Source: Mayamaea pseudoterrestris
Taxonomy: Eukaryota
Reading direction: 5' to 3'
Length of the DNA stretch: 64,000 nt
NCBI GenBank assembly: GCA_027923505.1
Contig: BROI01000009.1
Span: 620,001 to 684,000 of the forward strand
The notes below the pieces were generated by a model that ran no database searches, was not told the origin of the DNA, and saw nothing but the letters and a program-made list of their open reading frames with translations. The position numbers were made by a program, and so were the translations under genes. Positions 35,301-46,769 of this stretch are shown piece after piece; positions within the stretch are counted from its first letter, which is position 1, and each line of letters starts with the position of its first letter.

Positions 35301-38098
35301 ATCAGCCGCCTCATCTTTAAAGTAGTATGTGAGATGAACCAACCCAAGATCACGATGGTCCGACAAGCCAAACGGATCTGATTGTCGATCACTGCGAGAG
35401 TCAGTAAAGGAAACTTCAAAATGCTCGCATATCGAGTCGGTCAGTCTGTTTGAGCGTCCTTCTCTGTAAACGACGTCATCAACAATTTCAACACCTTGGA
35501 CTTCCGTCTCAATGTCAACATTGCTAAAAACCCGGAGCTGATGGTCCATTCGCTCGTGCGCAATAAAGGATTCAATGTCCTCTCGTCCGAAAGAGCGCTT
35601 AAGATCGGCGGGAGTCAACGGGAAAAAGGCGCCACATACAGAGGAGACATGCTCCTTCCAAGGCTCCATCAACCAAAAGATGGATTGCGGATATGTCGTC
35701 TGTTCAAGAACAAAGCCAATCTTGCCTTTTATTATTGTAACTGAAAAAGGAATCTCTAGAACAAGATCGCTATCCATAAAAGGGTGCACTTTCGTTGCTG
35801 ACTCCCAGTCCTCGTATTTCCATTCGCGCGTTGATCCACGTAGAATGACGCTACCACTGAAGTGAATATCTGAGAGTAACTGATCACGCGAGAACTTGTC
35901 CCAGTCGATGGAACACTGAAAGAAGAAGGCATCCTCTAAAGTCTCATTGAAGTTAATGGTTATGCGGTCATCGAGCCCTTCACCAGGAAGCGTCACCTTA
36001 AAACCAATTCTCTCGTCCAGATCAGGCTCGCTGCTACTCCAGATTGCCGACATGCGCATGATCGTCACTGACTGTACGGACCCTGCGTTGTACACGTCAA
36101 TAGGAACTCGGGCCGTATGGCTAGCCGATGACAAAAGGTGAATATCAATAGATTCTGGATCAGCGAGCAATAATGAACCCTGCCACTCATCATCGTCGTC
36201 GTCTTTATGATATACCGGTACGTCCCCGTCGTTTAAAGCCACTAAATTCCTCTCCGGCTCTGATACACTTTCGTCCGTTGTACCCAATGCCTCTTCTCTT
36301 GAGTCTGCATTAGTCACGTTGTAGCTGACATATAATCCAGCCCTCCTTTTGTCAACAACAGAATGGGACTCCAATGACTCGTTACCTATCTCTTCACGAT
36401 CGTCATCGTCTACGTTTTCCTTCGAGTCTTCGTCCCCATCAAATCCTTCGGAAGAGGCTTTCTCCAATGTTACTATTAAAGTTTCCGTGTCGGTTCGAAT
36501 TTGTAGAAATCCGAGTGAATTTGCAGCTTTCGCCGTCTCAGTCAAGTGCTGCTGCATGCCGTCTAACAATACATCTTCGCTAATGTTGTCCCCTGTCGCC
36601 TCATTCGTATAAGCCTGGGCCCAAAAGTCTGTGCTGCTAGTCGGACAAACCGTGCATACGTAATGAGAAAGACCGTCGGCCGGTATCTGTAATGGCCCAC
36701 TTTCTGTAAATTGATCAATACTTTGCGACGCTACAGTTAAAAGCAAAGGCGAGTTATCCTTCTGCTGCCACTTTCCCTCCTCCGGCAAGACAACAAGTCC
36801 TAGGGACATGGCATTTCGCAGCGAAACTCGTAGGACGAAAATCGGATCGATCCCGTGCGCACCGTCGTTCTCATTGAACACTTGGCTATCTTTATTTTCA
36901 CCTCGGCGGTCGTTAGTAACTGACCCGGCGTGTCGAGATGGGTGCTTTAAATACACATTGTAACAGTCGTTGCGTTGCAGGCGACGCGCCGCCAAAACAC
37001 CATACATGGAATCGTCCGATGCAGCTGTGTTCTCGTTGGAAAAAGCAGCAGCTCTTTTGGGTGTTGCGAGTTGCCTGGTCGCCACGCGATATTTGGGATG
37101 CAATGTGCAGGGGATATTGGCTGAAGGAAGGTGTTGCTTGACGTGCTGCGGCTTCACCGAACCATGCTTGATTGCCGGCTGCTGCAACCTTGACGCAAAA
37201 GCCGCCGTTTCAGAATAATACAGCGCGTCCAAGTAAGAATCATTTGGTTGATTGTTGTCGCGTAAGGAACTCGCAAAGCGTATAGCAGGAGGCAATCCAT
37301 AGTCATTTTCGCGCATGCTCGAAACTTGTATTGGTACGGCAACAATGCCTCGATTGGTCTCCACAATCATTTGCGTGGATACTTTGTATTCTTCAAAAAG
37401 TATCTGGTTGTGCAAGTCAGGTGGATACGACGATTGTGTGTCTCGAGCCATGTAGTGCCATTGATTGCTCCGCGTGGATGACATTGGTCCATCGTCACTC
37501 ACGGTCATGATGTCGTCCCAACGTTGTTGAAACCATTCCTCCAAGTCGATCTGCCGCGCAAACGACAGATGATGATCTACCGTCACGGGCTTTCGCACTG
37601 GAAATCTCGGAAGAAACGTGACTGGAACGATTGCGACTTGACCCGGACCAAGTGAGAGTGTATCAGCCGGCAAGCTACTGACATGAAGTTGTTTCGGGAG
37701 TTGTGTATCAAAAATTTTGTCTCTTTTGTCTTCCTTGCCATGTTGGACAAGAATCGTTTCTTCTTTTGCGACTCGAATAGATAAGATGTCGACGTAATCG
37801 GTGGAATCCTGCGACAGGGTAATAATGTTTGTGTCAGAATTATGCCAGTGCTGCTGATAGTCCGTCATTCTCTCTGGCCATCACGCACCAAATTGAGCAA
37901 CTCGAGTTGAGCAAAAGTATAGACGCAGCTCGGCGCTCGTTCCAAATGGTCTGCGCGTAACGTGACTCGCAATCCAAAGGCCTCTCGCTCCTGCACTGCA
38001 AAGGTCGACGGTTCTGCATTGCTGGATGCGTAAATAGCAAGCTGCAGCTGCATCAATGGCAAAACAAGAACCCAAACATACTTCCAAAGCAATCCCAT
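29355..38098 (-). CDS. TMEM131-like giant type I membrane protein, ~2890 aa (exons 38098-37889, 37808-29355)
   Basis: Signal peptide MGLLWKYVWVLVLPLMQLQLAIYA. An 80-bp GTGCGT...CAG intron with a ctgac branch joins the exons in frame. Ig/PapD-like repeats: LGPGQVAIVPVTFLPR..ETNRG, LYLTNHNPV, LTNPTGVPV, LGPILFRP..LENSLTGLE, VANKGN..FTLEPG. TM near residue 2150, then a low-complexity tail. Confidence 0.75.
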
Positions 38099-38438
38099 AA
38101 TGAATTGTTGTCGTCGAGTCTGCTACTGCACCTCCTACTTGATCCGAACAAATGGTTGCCCTAGCGTCCAATCGTCCAATCGCACTCAACTCTTAGGAGT
38201 ATCGTGCTATAGCCTGTGTGTTGCTTTCCAAACTTTCTGCTAGCTGCTGACCAGTACACAATATTGATGTCTGTAAATGTTGTCTTGTCTCAGTCGATGG
38301 CTTGGTGATCGTTTTACTCAGCATCATGTTGTTCCCTATCATACCTTCAACCGATGATCCTGTCAAGCTTGCCATTCATGCTGTCGCAGCGTTGTATACG
38401 AGGCAAATCATGACTTATGAGTCATCACTCTCCTTCAT

Positions 38439-38487
38439 AGAGTACTATTAAAAATCAAAGTTATTGTCACTGTGAGCAAAGTAGTAC
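38439..38487. repeat. Solitary copy of repeat family A
   Basis: agagtactattaaaaatcaaagttattgtcactgtgagcaaagtagtac aligns with agagtacttcgaaaatcaaagtttttggcactatggtacagatagtac at 41640 and with the core of the 20897 array. Confidence 0.8.
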
Positions 38488-38684
38488 TACTATTCATCAT
38501 GATATTTGCACCAGCGGAGGGTGGCGATCTCTCGAAGATCTTTTGCCATCGCTCGCATCTAAGATCTAAGCCACTGCTGCTTTCCTTCCTTGCCTTGCCA
38601 TCGGACTGGTCTACATCGTATCGACTGCATCATCTTGTCGTTATACAAGACACTTCAAGTTTCTTCGTTACTTTTGCCGATAAC

Positions 38685-39714
38685 ATGCTTGCTTTCAAAT
38701 CGTCATCGACCATTCGAATCCTTTCAACTCGGATCTTGCCTCGAGGAGCAGCCTCTCGCAACTGGACTTCGTCCTCCTTTTCGCAGGCGACACTAAATGG
38801 CAAGATTCATACAAACTTTACCGCTGTCGCGTTTGCTGGACTCGCTGCATTCACCTGCATTGTTGCCAGCTTGGAGCAACCGACCACTGCGCACAATTTA
38901 TTTGGAGGGAACAAGAATAACAACAACAACCAAAACGCTGAAATCACCACGTCGGGTGATGTTATTTCGGCCGGAACGTGAGTGCATTCAACTATAGACT
39001 TTGATTCTGCGAGAGGACATGAGACGCTTTTGAAATCTTTTATTGCAACTGCATGTACTCACCTTTTTTATCATTCTTTTCTACAATTTACAGCCCCATC
39101 AAGGAACCAGCGACTGGTATTCTCTTTCCACCCCTTTGCAACGGTTATACGCTGGTCGGAACGGGCGTCCGAGTCAAGTACGGTTTGGTGAAGGTATACG
39201 CCGTTGGAACATACGTGGATGCCCTTGCCATGGCGGCAATCAAGTCGACAACTCATCCAGAGGCACTCGAAGCGGCCCTCTTGGATCCAAACTATCCACG
39301 AACGATTCGCATCGTTATGAATCGCGCTCTTGGCATTGACAAGTATACAGCGGCGATTGTTGAGGCGATTGAGCCGCGCATGATGGGACGTGACTTGGAA
39401 AAGTTAGAGGAGTTCAAAAAATTGAATCCGTAAGTAGAATGATTGGCTTGTGTTTGGCTAAAATGACACGGACGACTCACCTATTACTTCATTACTGTAC
39501 TATGTCATGATACAGACCCGTCGACTTGGTCCAGGGCGCCGAAATGGAAATGACTATTCGAGGCGACACACTTCTTTACAAGAATGCTGTCGGAGGAGTG
39601 GGTACGATTCGGTCGCGCGCTTTTACTGCCGCTCTCTGCGATGTTTACTACGGCAAAGATCCAGCCTCTCCATCCCACAAGGCGGCAGTATTGGAAGGTA
39701 TTCCAAAATTGTGA
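38685..39714 (+). CDS. Chalcone isomerase-fold protein (FAP/Aim18-Aim46-like), probably mitochondrial (exons 38685-38977, 39094-39429, 39516-39714)
   Basis: EPATGILFP, LVGTGVRVKYGLVKVYAVGTY, ALCDVYYGKDPASP. Two GT-AG introns restore the frame. Presequence-like N-terminus. Confidence 0.85.
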
Positions 39715-41526
39715 ATGTGATGCAGCAGCAGGCGGAGGTTCTTTGGTGGGGTAATCGAGATCAATTGGTCAGTTGACACTCTTTTAAATAATAGCGTAGT
39801 TGAGCTCGTATCTAACTTAATCTCTAGAGTATGATTTTCGTCGTAATTACCGAATCAAAGTACGCAATGATGCAGAACCGAAGTGTCGTCCTTCTCATAG
39901 GACGGAACAAGCCCGGAACATCAGATATTTGAGGCAAACCCTTTGTCCATTGCGCCGCTATGAACTATCATCGGTCGACATAAGATCGCGGCGCAGTATT
40001 TAGATCGTGCTGCAGCTTGTCCCAGCCAGCTTTGTATAGACACTTGACGTTCCTTTTACACAAGTTTGTCGACGGCCGATTCGTCCTTGCCGCTCGCAGC
40101 TAATCTGCTCGCGATGCATTGATAGTTGCATGCGGCATTCGCCGCTGAAAGCTCCTCCCGCATCAATATCACTGGAAAAGAGTCGAGAGAGTCTAGGCCA
40201 TGTTGCTGTTGCTTTAACCCTTGCACAGCTCGAAACGCCCGCAAAAGACGCTCGAAACTTTGTACTCTGGTTAAAAGGAAAGTACACCAAGATCTGATTC
40301 AACCTCTGCTGCCACTACACTTGCCTCCATATCAGCAAATACTCGACCAGCCCAGGCAATAAAGTCTTTGTTCTAGTGAGGCGCAGCCATGATTACGCTG
40401 CCTGCCTTTGTTGGACCCCCTCTTTCATGATCCGCTATGAGTGTTGGTAGATTGTTTGTGCTTGACGCAACACAGTCCATCTTCGCGACAGGTATCTGCA
40501 AGTCGGCCAGTCCTTGGCAATGCTACTGATGTGTTGGGAAGGATACTTTTTGTCGAGCAACGCGCCTGACCCAGCTGCGCGTATCTTGGTTGATCATCAG
40601 TTCGTGTGATGCAACGGGCTCCATCAATGCTGCTTAAAGACAAAAGCTTAGTGGTGCCATGCGAGCGCAAAGAATGAAGCCTTTTACGAGCTCAATAATG
40701 TCGACTTGTTTGTCGCTGCGACTGTCTGCTTGCAGATACCAGGTGTATAGTTCGACCCAAGTGCGGTTGCTGCTGGCAAGATCCACACAATCGTTTCGTC
40801 AGTTCGCGACTCAGTAGTCACTACATCAGCAGCCGCTTTCATAGCGCCGTCGTGATTGTGACATTTTGCAATGAAGACGGTGCAGTTGCAGCATTGATTT
40901 TGAGAACATCCAATGTTTGCCCTCACGCTTAGGCACCAAGTTCTTTTCGCACCTGTTTCAAGCGTTTTTTGAATAGCTGCCAGTATATATGTGGTACAAA
41001 AAAAGGAAGTCCCTTGCGAAAATGCGGTGCCGTTGAGAAGAATATGTCAAGCCGTCAAGTCATTACGGCTCCTCGCAAATGTACTCGTCGTTCGTCGATA
41101 TGCGGAAACATTTGAGATATTTGACGTCTTTCTCGCCAGCAGTGACAGTATTGATGCCGATGCTTCAAGTGACAGCAGTTGCGATCGCTGCGAAGTGATG
41201 CCGATCCGATATAATCCGGGATAACTGTTGAATCGAATGAATAAATGATGAGCACAATGCTGCTGTCAGTGACTGAAAGCTACGAGTAAGTAGCCAGGCT
41301 TCTCGTACAGAGCAGCAATGGGCATGCAATAAACTGCAGCGCAACACTCCTGCTTGTGAGGAGTTATGATAACCTCATGCCGTTGCTCGTGTTTGATAGA
41401 ATTCATGGTTTTGATATGCATTGCCCTTTTGCTTTGACGACGCACAGTTGTGCCATGGCCATGGTCGATCAACGCGGCAAAGAATGACTGGCATCTGACG
41501 TGTTTGATGACTCATCAGTCATTGTG

Positions 41527-41672
41527 ACTGTAGGCAGAACTGTAGTCCAATAACTTTGAAATAAATCAAAGTTATTGGCACTATAGGCAAAAGTAGTCCA
41601 ATAACTTTGAAAATCAAAGTTTTTGGCAGTGTATGCTAAAGAGTACTTCGAAAATCAAAGTTTTTGGCACTA
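41527..41672. repeat. Degenerate tandem array of family A with palindromic units
   Basis: Perfect 13-bp inverted repeat ccaataactttga-aataaa-tcaaagttattgg at 41547-41578. Near-perfect second palindrome at 41598-41626. Third core at 41650. Confidence 0.9.
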
Positions 41673-41791
41673 TGGTACAGATAGTACAGCATTACCGGTA
41701 AGACAGGACAACCAGCACGCGTACCACGACGAAAGGCGAAAGCGCCGCGCGCCATGGCGAACAACAAACTTCTATAGAGCTTGCAAGTATC

Positions 41792-43609
41792 ATGCTTAAT
41801 CGCTTCATTCGACGCGTTAGTACATCAGGATCTGATGCAGTAGCTCCGCCACAGGGCTATGGCTCCATTCCCACGACGGAGAGCTTCGAGATTGTTACTG
41901 ATTGCGACGACGATGACGAGAGCGAGGAGGATCCGTTTACGAAGAATATCGAAGACGATTGCCACGACGAGGACAGCAGCAGCAACTGGCTAGACTTGGA
42001 AACTCCAACTAACCAGAATCATCATCAAAACCTTTCATTTGAAACACCGTCTCCATATGCCGCCGCTGGCTATCAGCGTGTGAATCCGAATGCCAGTCGA
42101 AACTTACTGAATGCTTCCGTGGACGTTGATGAGATGACACCATTGGCAACAAAGGCAGATGCAACAGAAAGAACTTCTGACAACGGTATGAACTATAGAA
42201 GCACTCCAACAGCAAAGCTACTCGCTAACTTTCAAGATTTGGCTCACGACTTTGGCGAAACGACGGCACATTTGCTCCATGGCGAAACCGACGAAGAAAA
42301 CAACAACAATGACAACCAAACTGCATCATTCCATGGCCAAGCCACCATTGCGTCAGAGATTGCTACCATGACGAAGAGCATTGTCGGATGCGGAGTTTTG
42401 TCGTTACCCAGTGGAATTGCCATGTACGCAAAGTATACATCCAATACCACTGCGGTACTTGCAATGGCCATTGCCTGGATTATGTTCATGGGAGCAGTCT
42501 TTAGCTTCTTTTGTCTATTGCTCGGCAAGCTATGTAGCATGACACAAAAAACAACCTATCGGGCGTGTTGGCAGGCGACCATGGGACACGAAGCGGCAGT
42601 CTATGTTTCGCTGGCGAATGCAACAAAGGCCGGTCTAGCCGACTTGGCGTACTCGACCATTCTTTCACAGACTGTTTGGTCGCTCCTTCAAACCATGGGC
42701 TTTCATTCTGTCTCGCGAATACAGTCGCTATGGCTTGTCACGTTGGTGGGTCTACTACCGCTGTGTCTGCTGCGAAACATTAACGTATTGGCGCCCTTTT
42801 CCGTACTTGGAACACTTGGCATTTTGCTCACGGCTTTGGCCATGGCGATTCGACTCGTTGATGGATCGTATCAACCTGGCGGAAAATACTTTGATGATTT
42901 GCCATCGCAACTTCGATCCACATCGTTGGATGCCGACGATGATACCATTTCGCAGTCACCATTGACATTGCTTCTTCACATGCTGCCTTTCGTATGCATG
43001 CTCTTTGAATCTTTTGTCATGCACTACAACAGTCCGCGATTCTACGCCGAGCTTCAGCAAGCATCTGTCCCACGATTTGCCATTGTTGTGGCCGGAGCGT
43101 TTGGACTGTCGACGTTCATTTTCATTGTCATTGCCTGCACCGGATTCTTGACCTTTGGCACTGGTTCGGACGGCTACATACTCAACAATTACTCGCACCG
43201 TGACCCCTTGGCTACTGCATGTCGTTTGGCGATTGCCTTGGCAATTTTGCTGACATATCCGCTGGCGTTTATTGGCATGCGCGATGGCGTAATGCAAAGT
43301 TTCTATAGTCGGTCTGGTGCGGCGCCCATGAATGTAAATGCATTGACGCTCATTTTGCTTGGCGGCATTACACTGACAGCTTGCGTAGTCACTGACTTGG
43401 GTTTGATCAATGCGGTGGGAGGTGGAACGCTAGCCATGGCCATTGTATTTGTCTTTCCGACGCTCATGTACCAGGCGGCCGTGCGGCGAAAACAAGACGA
43501 CGCGTCGGTCCATGAGCGACGAGAAGCTCACTTGGCCTTGGTTCTGATGATCTTTGGCGTTGCAGTCGGACTTACCGGGTCGTGGCTGGCGCTGGTTCAT
43601 GCTATGTGA
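41792..43609 (+). CDS. Amino acid transporter (Aa_trans/AAAP, SLC38-like)
   Basis: Acidic disordered N-terminus, then KSIVGCGVLSLPSG, LLPLCLLR..LAPFS.LG, HYNSPRFYAEL, GFLTFG..GYILNNY, TYPL. About 11 TM segments. Confidence 0.92.
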   Translation: MLNRFIRRVSTSGSDAVAPPQGYGSIPTTESFEIVTDCDDDDESEEDPFTKNIEDDCHDEDSSSNWLDLETPTNQNHHQNLSFETPSPYAAAGYQRVNPNASRNLLNASVDVDEMTPLATKADATERTSDNGMNYRSTPTAKLLANFQDLAHDFGETTAHLLHGETDEENNNNDNQTASFHGQATIASEIATMTKSIVGCGVLSLPSGIAMYAKYTSNTTAVLAMAIAWIMFMGAVFSFFCLLLGKLCSMTQKTTYRACWQATMGHEAAVYVSLANATKAGLADLAYSTILSQTVWSLLQTMGFHSVSRIQSLWLVTLVGLLPLCLLRNINVLAPFSVLGTLGILLTALAMAIRLVDGSYQPGGKYFDDLPSQLRSTSLDADDDTISQSPLTLLLHMLPFVCMLFESFVMHYNSPRFYAELQQASVPRFAIVVAGAFGLSTFIFIVIACTGFLTFGTGSDGYILNNYSHRDPLATACRLAIALAILLTYPLAFIGMRDGVMQSFYSRSGAAPMNVNALTLILLGGITLTACVVTDLGLINAVGGGTLAMAIVFVFPTLMYQAAVRRKQDDASVHERREAHLALVLMIFGVAVGLTGSWLALVHAM

Positions 43610-43713
43610 CGATGAATCATACCGTACGGCATGCAACTTGTAGAGCCTAACTTTTACTATGTAACCTACGAGTGTATGACGCAAAAAGTTTGTTTAATTG
43701 TGGCGACACTATG

Positions 43714-45506
43714 TTACAGCTTCTTTGGTTTGAGTACTCGGTAGAGAACCGCATCAATCAAGCCCAGCGTTGTAAATGTTCCCCCAATGATGGCGCATAG
43801 TGAAGTCAAGTAGTCGTACCACTTCCTGCCTTCCTTTTGCACGACCACGCTCATTGGACTCAAATCATAGCTAAACCTTGCCTCCGGAACGTTAACGTCA
43901 TCGTAAAAGACAATCTGAGACTGCTCCAAAAATTGATAGGCCATCATCTGGTTTGACATCGACGACCCCATGTTTAAATGCGTCGAAACCACCTTGATGT
44001 AATGATGAAAGGCTTGGTGAAACTTTTGCGACACATACACGCTGCCATCCATTGGCTTGAACTGCCTATGTTGATCAGGCACTTGCTTGAGAATTCGCTT
44101 AGTTTTGCGATTCTCCGCGTCAATCGGTTCACCAAAGCTGAGATGCTCGACAATGTGTGACAGGTTTGTCATGGCGGCTAATCATCAGTGACGGGTGCGA
44201 AAAAGTAAGTACTTGCTGATGGGCCAGACGAGGACACACTCGCGCAAACTGCTTACCATTCAAGTTATGACTCTTGGACTTGGCTTCAATGTGAAAGTTT
44301 CCCGGCACACGGTTGACCATGAGATGTCCCGAAACTTGGCAGCCTGGATGTTCCAGTCGATGCTGCTGAAAGAGCAATCGTTTCTTTTCTCGCTCGTCAT
44401 CATCGGCCGGATCAGTCTTCTTCTCCCAATCCTTGAACTTTTCGTCCATTTCCAACTTGCGTCGTGCATACGCTTGTAGCGCCGGCAATGTCCGATCCAT
44501 TTTGTAGTCAGGTTGAACAGGTTCGCCCTCATGGTACCATCGCAGCGTTGGAAAGGCCATGATTTTTTCGTTGCGACACAAGTCAGCTTGCGCCATGCAG
44601 TCCACTTTGCCGACGCCAATGGGGACATTCTCCTTCTTAGCCCACTGCGCCAAGGATTCCCATGTTGGAGCAAGTCGTTGGCACCAGACGCACCTGTTAT
44701 GAAAAAGTGTTGGGTACCGTACATGATTAGGCGAAAAAAGGAATGACTCGATTAAGACGCCACCGCAAACATACAGACCGAAAACGAGACTCACCATGGT
44801 GCATACAAGTCAATAAATACCATATCATGATCAGACACAAAGTCATGAAAGTTTTCACTGGTCAGGTCTACGACTGCCACTCCATCCTCTGAATGCATTT
44901 CCTCAAGCGATCGATCGTGGCTGTCATGCGCCAACTCGCGGGCATCGCGGTTTCGGCCCGAAAAAACGCGCCGGACGCCAGCCGCATCTAGTTGCCACTT
45001 GTCAATGTTCTTGGTAACGTTTTGTCTGTTTGTTCCAAGAGCGTCCCAAACATCAATACTGACATAGTCGCAGTTGAGGTCAAGCAGTGTAATGTTGAAA
45101 TTGATCCGAATCTGCTGGTCGGCATTTTCGTCAATGGTAATGCTCGTGGCGATGGATGATCGAGCAAACGCCATTGTTTCGCTAAAAAATAAGACCGCCA
45201 TGACGAGCATGGCTGCTATACTCATGAATGCGCCGAGGGTCGTGGCCTGTGTGTAAAAGAGTGAACGGATGGCGTTAAGGCCCCAGGTGTGAGAGACAAA
45301 CAGTGAGAAAACTAATAGTTTCATCATAAAACTTTCTCCGTTATTGGCCAAGACGCGATGATGCTTTTACAGCAGCAGTAGCATCAGCATCAGACAGCAA
45401 GCAGCAAGTGGAAACGGACCTCTGTCAAATCCTTGGGCACGCGTCGGTAGAAATCGACCGAGCTCATCGCCTGTCGTCGGCCTCCGCCATTGATATTGTT
45501 TTGCAT
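43714..45506 (-). CDS. ERGIC/Erv41-46 family protein with thioredoxin domain (PDI-C type) (exons 45506-45420, 45246-44795, 44693-44257, 44177-43714)
   Basis: DFYRRVPKDLTE|ATTLG, INFNIT..LNCDYVSID, YAPW|CVWC thioredoxin site formed across an intron, GCQVSGHLMVNRVPGNFHI, FSYDLSPM, LCAIIGG, C-terminal KPKKL. Three GT-AG introns. Confidence 0.92.
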
Positions 45507-45756
45507 GATGGTTTCTCTATGCTCAATGAAGAATATGTACTACGTTAACGGTGATGAGCAGAGATGCAGTAGACAGCAGCGCAAACTATTCGCTCATGGT
45601 CCAATGAGTTGATGCGAGAGGCGCGCCGTGCCTCTCCGGATAGCTCGATCCTTAAGCGATATGAAAACCGGTACGATGTCGTCAACGAAGCACGTTTTTT
45701 ACAAGCAGTAAGCAAGCAGCATTGTCACTTGAGAGAACAGCTATGTAATCTTCTGA

Positions 45757-46512
45757 CTATTCTAAAATGACATCCTCATATCCAGCGCCACTCTGCAGTC
45801 CCCAAAATGCCTTGAGCTGTCCAGCGACGCCTTCGCGCACCGATGTATCTGCCGTTTCCAATCCCTCACCCATGCGACCAAAAATTCCGCCTGCCTTTTG
45901 ACGTAAAGCCTCCAGTCGATTGCGATTAGCTCCAAAGTCACTTGTAGTTGCAGATCCTTGTATTTGCTTACTTTGAAAGGTAATCACGTGATCGTCCGGT
46001 CGTATCACAAAGTCCAACTGATCGACGCAGGTGCCAAGATTGCGAGAGGCTGTTGCTGAAACGTAGGTTTCACCAATCGATTCAAGAGTCATTGTAGAAT
46101 CGGACTGAATCAAGCCCTTGAGTCGGGCCAAAACTTCGGGAGTTGACATGGTGTCAGGATAAGTCCATGGAACCATGTAAAAATCAATGTTTCGAACCGA
46201 CGCAGTTGAGACGCAGTTCGTGCTCGTTGAGCTTCCATCGGTGGATGCGGTGGTGGCACAAGCGGCAATGTTTGGCGACGTAGTTTCTTCTGCTGCTTTA
46301 GATGATGTGGCTGATATAGCGAGACTAACGAATATGGAAGAGGCGGAAGCAAGAACATTTCGACGCATCAATGATGTTGCGGATGGTGAATCATCATTTC
46401 CCGTTGCCGATAGATGATTCTGTCGACTATAAGAAGCTGTTAAAGGGGCCCACGCTGACGCTGGTAGCAGTATTGAAAGCAGCAGAGCACTAAGGAAGAC
46501 AAGTTGCGTCAT
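45757..46512 (-). CDS. DUF1499-family protein, probably thylakoid lumen-targeted
   Basis: Signal peptide ending ASA-WAP, twin-arginine MRRNVL, hydrophobic stretch ending SKA. NCVST, VDQLDF, SDFGANRNRLEALR. Confidence 0.8.
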   Translation of the reverse strand: MTQLVFLSALLLSILLPASAWAPLTASYSRQNHLSATGNDDSPSATSLMRRNVLASASSIFVSLAISATSSKAAEETTSPNIAACATTASTDGSSTSTNCVSTASVRNIDFYMVPWTYPDTMSTPEVLARLKGLIQSDSTMTLESIGETYVSATASRNLGTCVDQLDFVIRPDDHVITFQSKQIQGSATTSDFGANRNRLEALRQKAGGIFGRMGEGLETADTSVREGVAGQLKAFWGLQSGAGYEDVILE

Positions 46513-46769
46513 GGTCGTCGTGAGTGAGTAGTGGCTTCACCATCCTTCATCTCATGGTCGCATCGTCGTCCAAGGAATGAGTCGACTGACGTAGTCAGAC
46601 CCGATGCGACTCTAAGCTACCTTGCTTGTAACATCCGGCACTGTAAGTAGCAACGCGCCCCATCGACCTGTCAGCAAGAACAATACAATCATTGACGAAT
46701 ACAATTACTGCGAATAGGCTCTTGTAACAACAATAAAAAATTGAGTCAAGAGCATTATCGATTGACGAC

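Noticed and set aside
37865..37868. ATGA start/stop overlap suggesting bacterial-style translational coupling
   Set aside because: It lies inside a canonical 80-bp GT-AG intron (37888-37809) that joins the two ORFs in frame.
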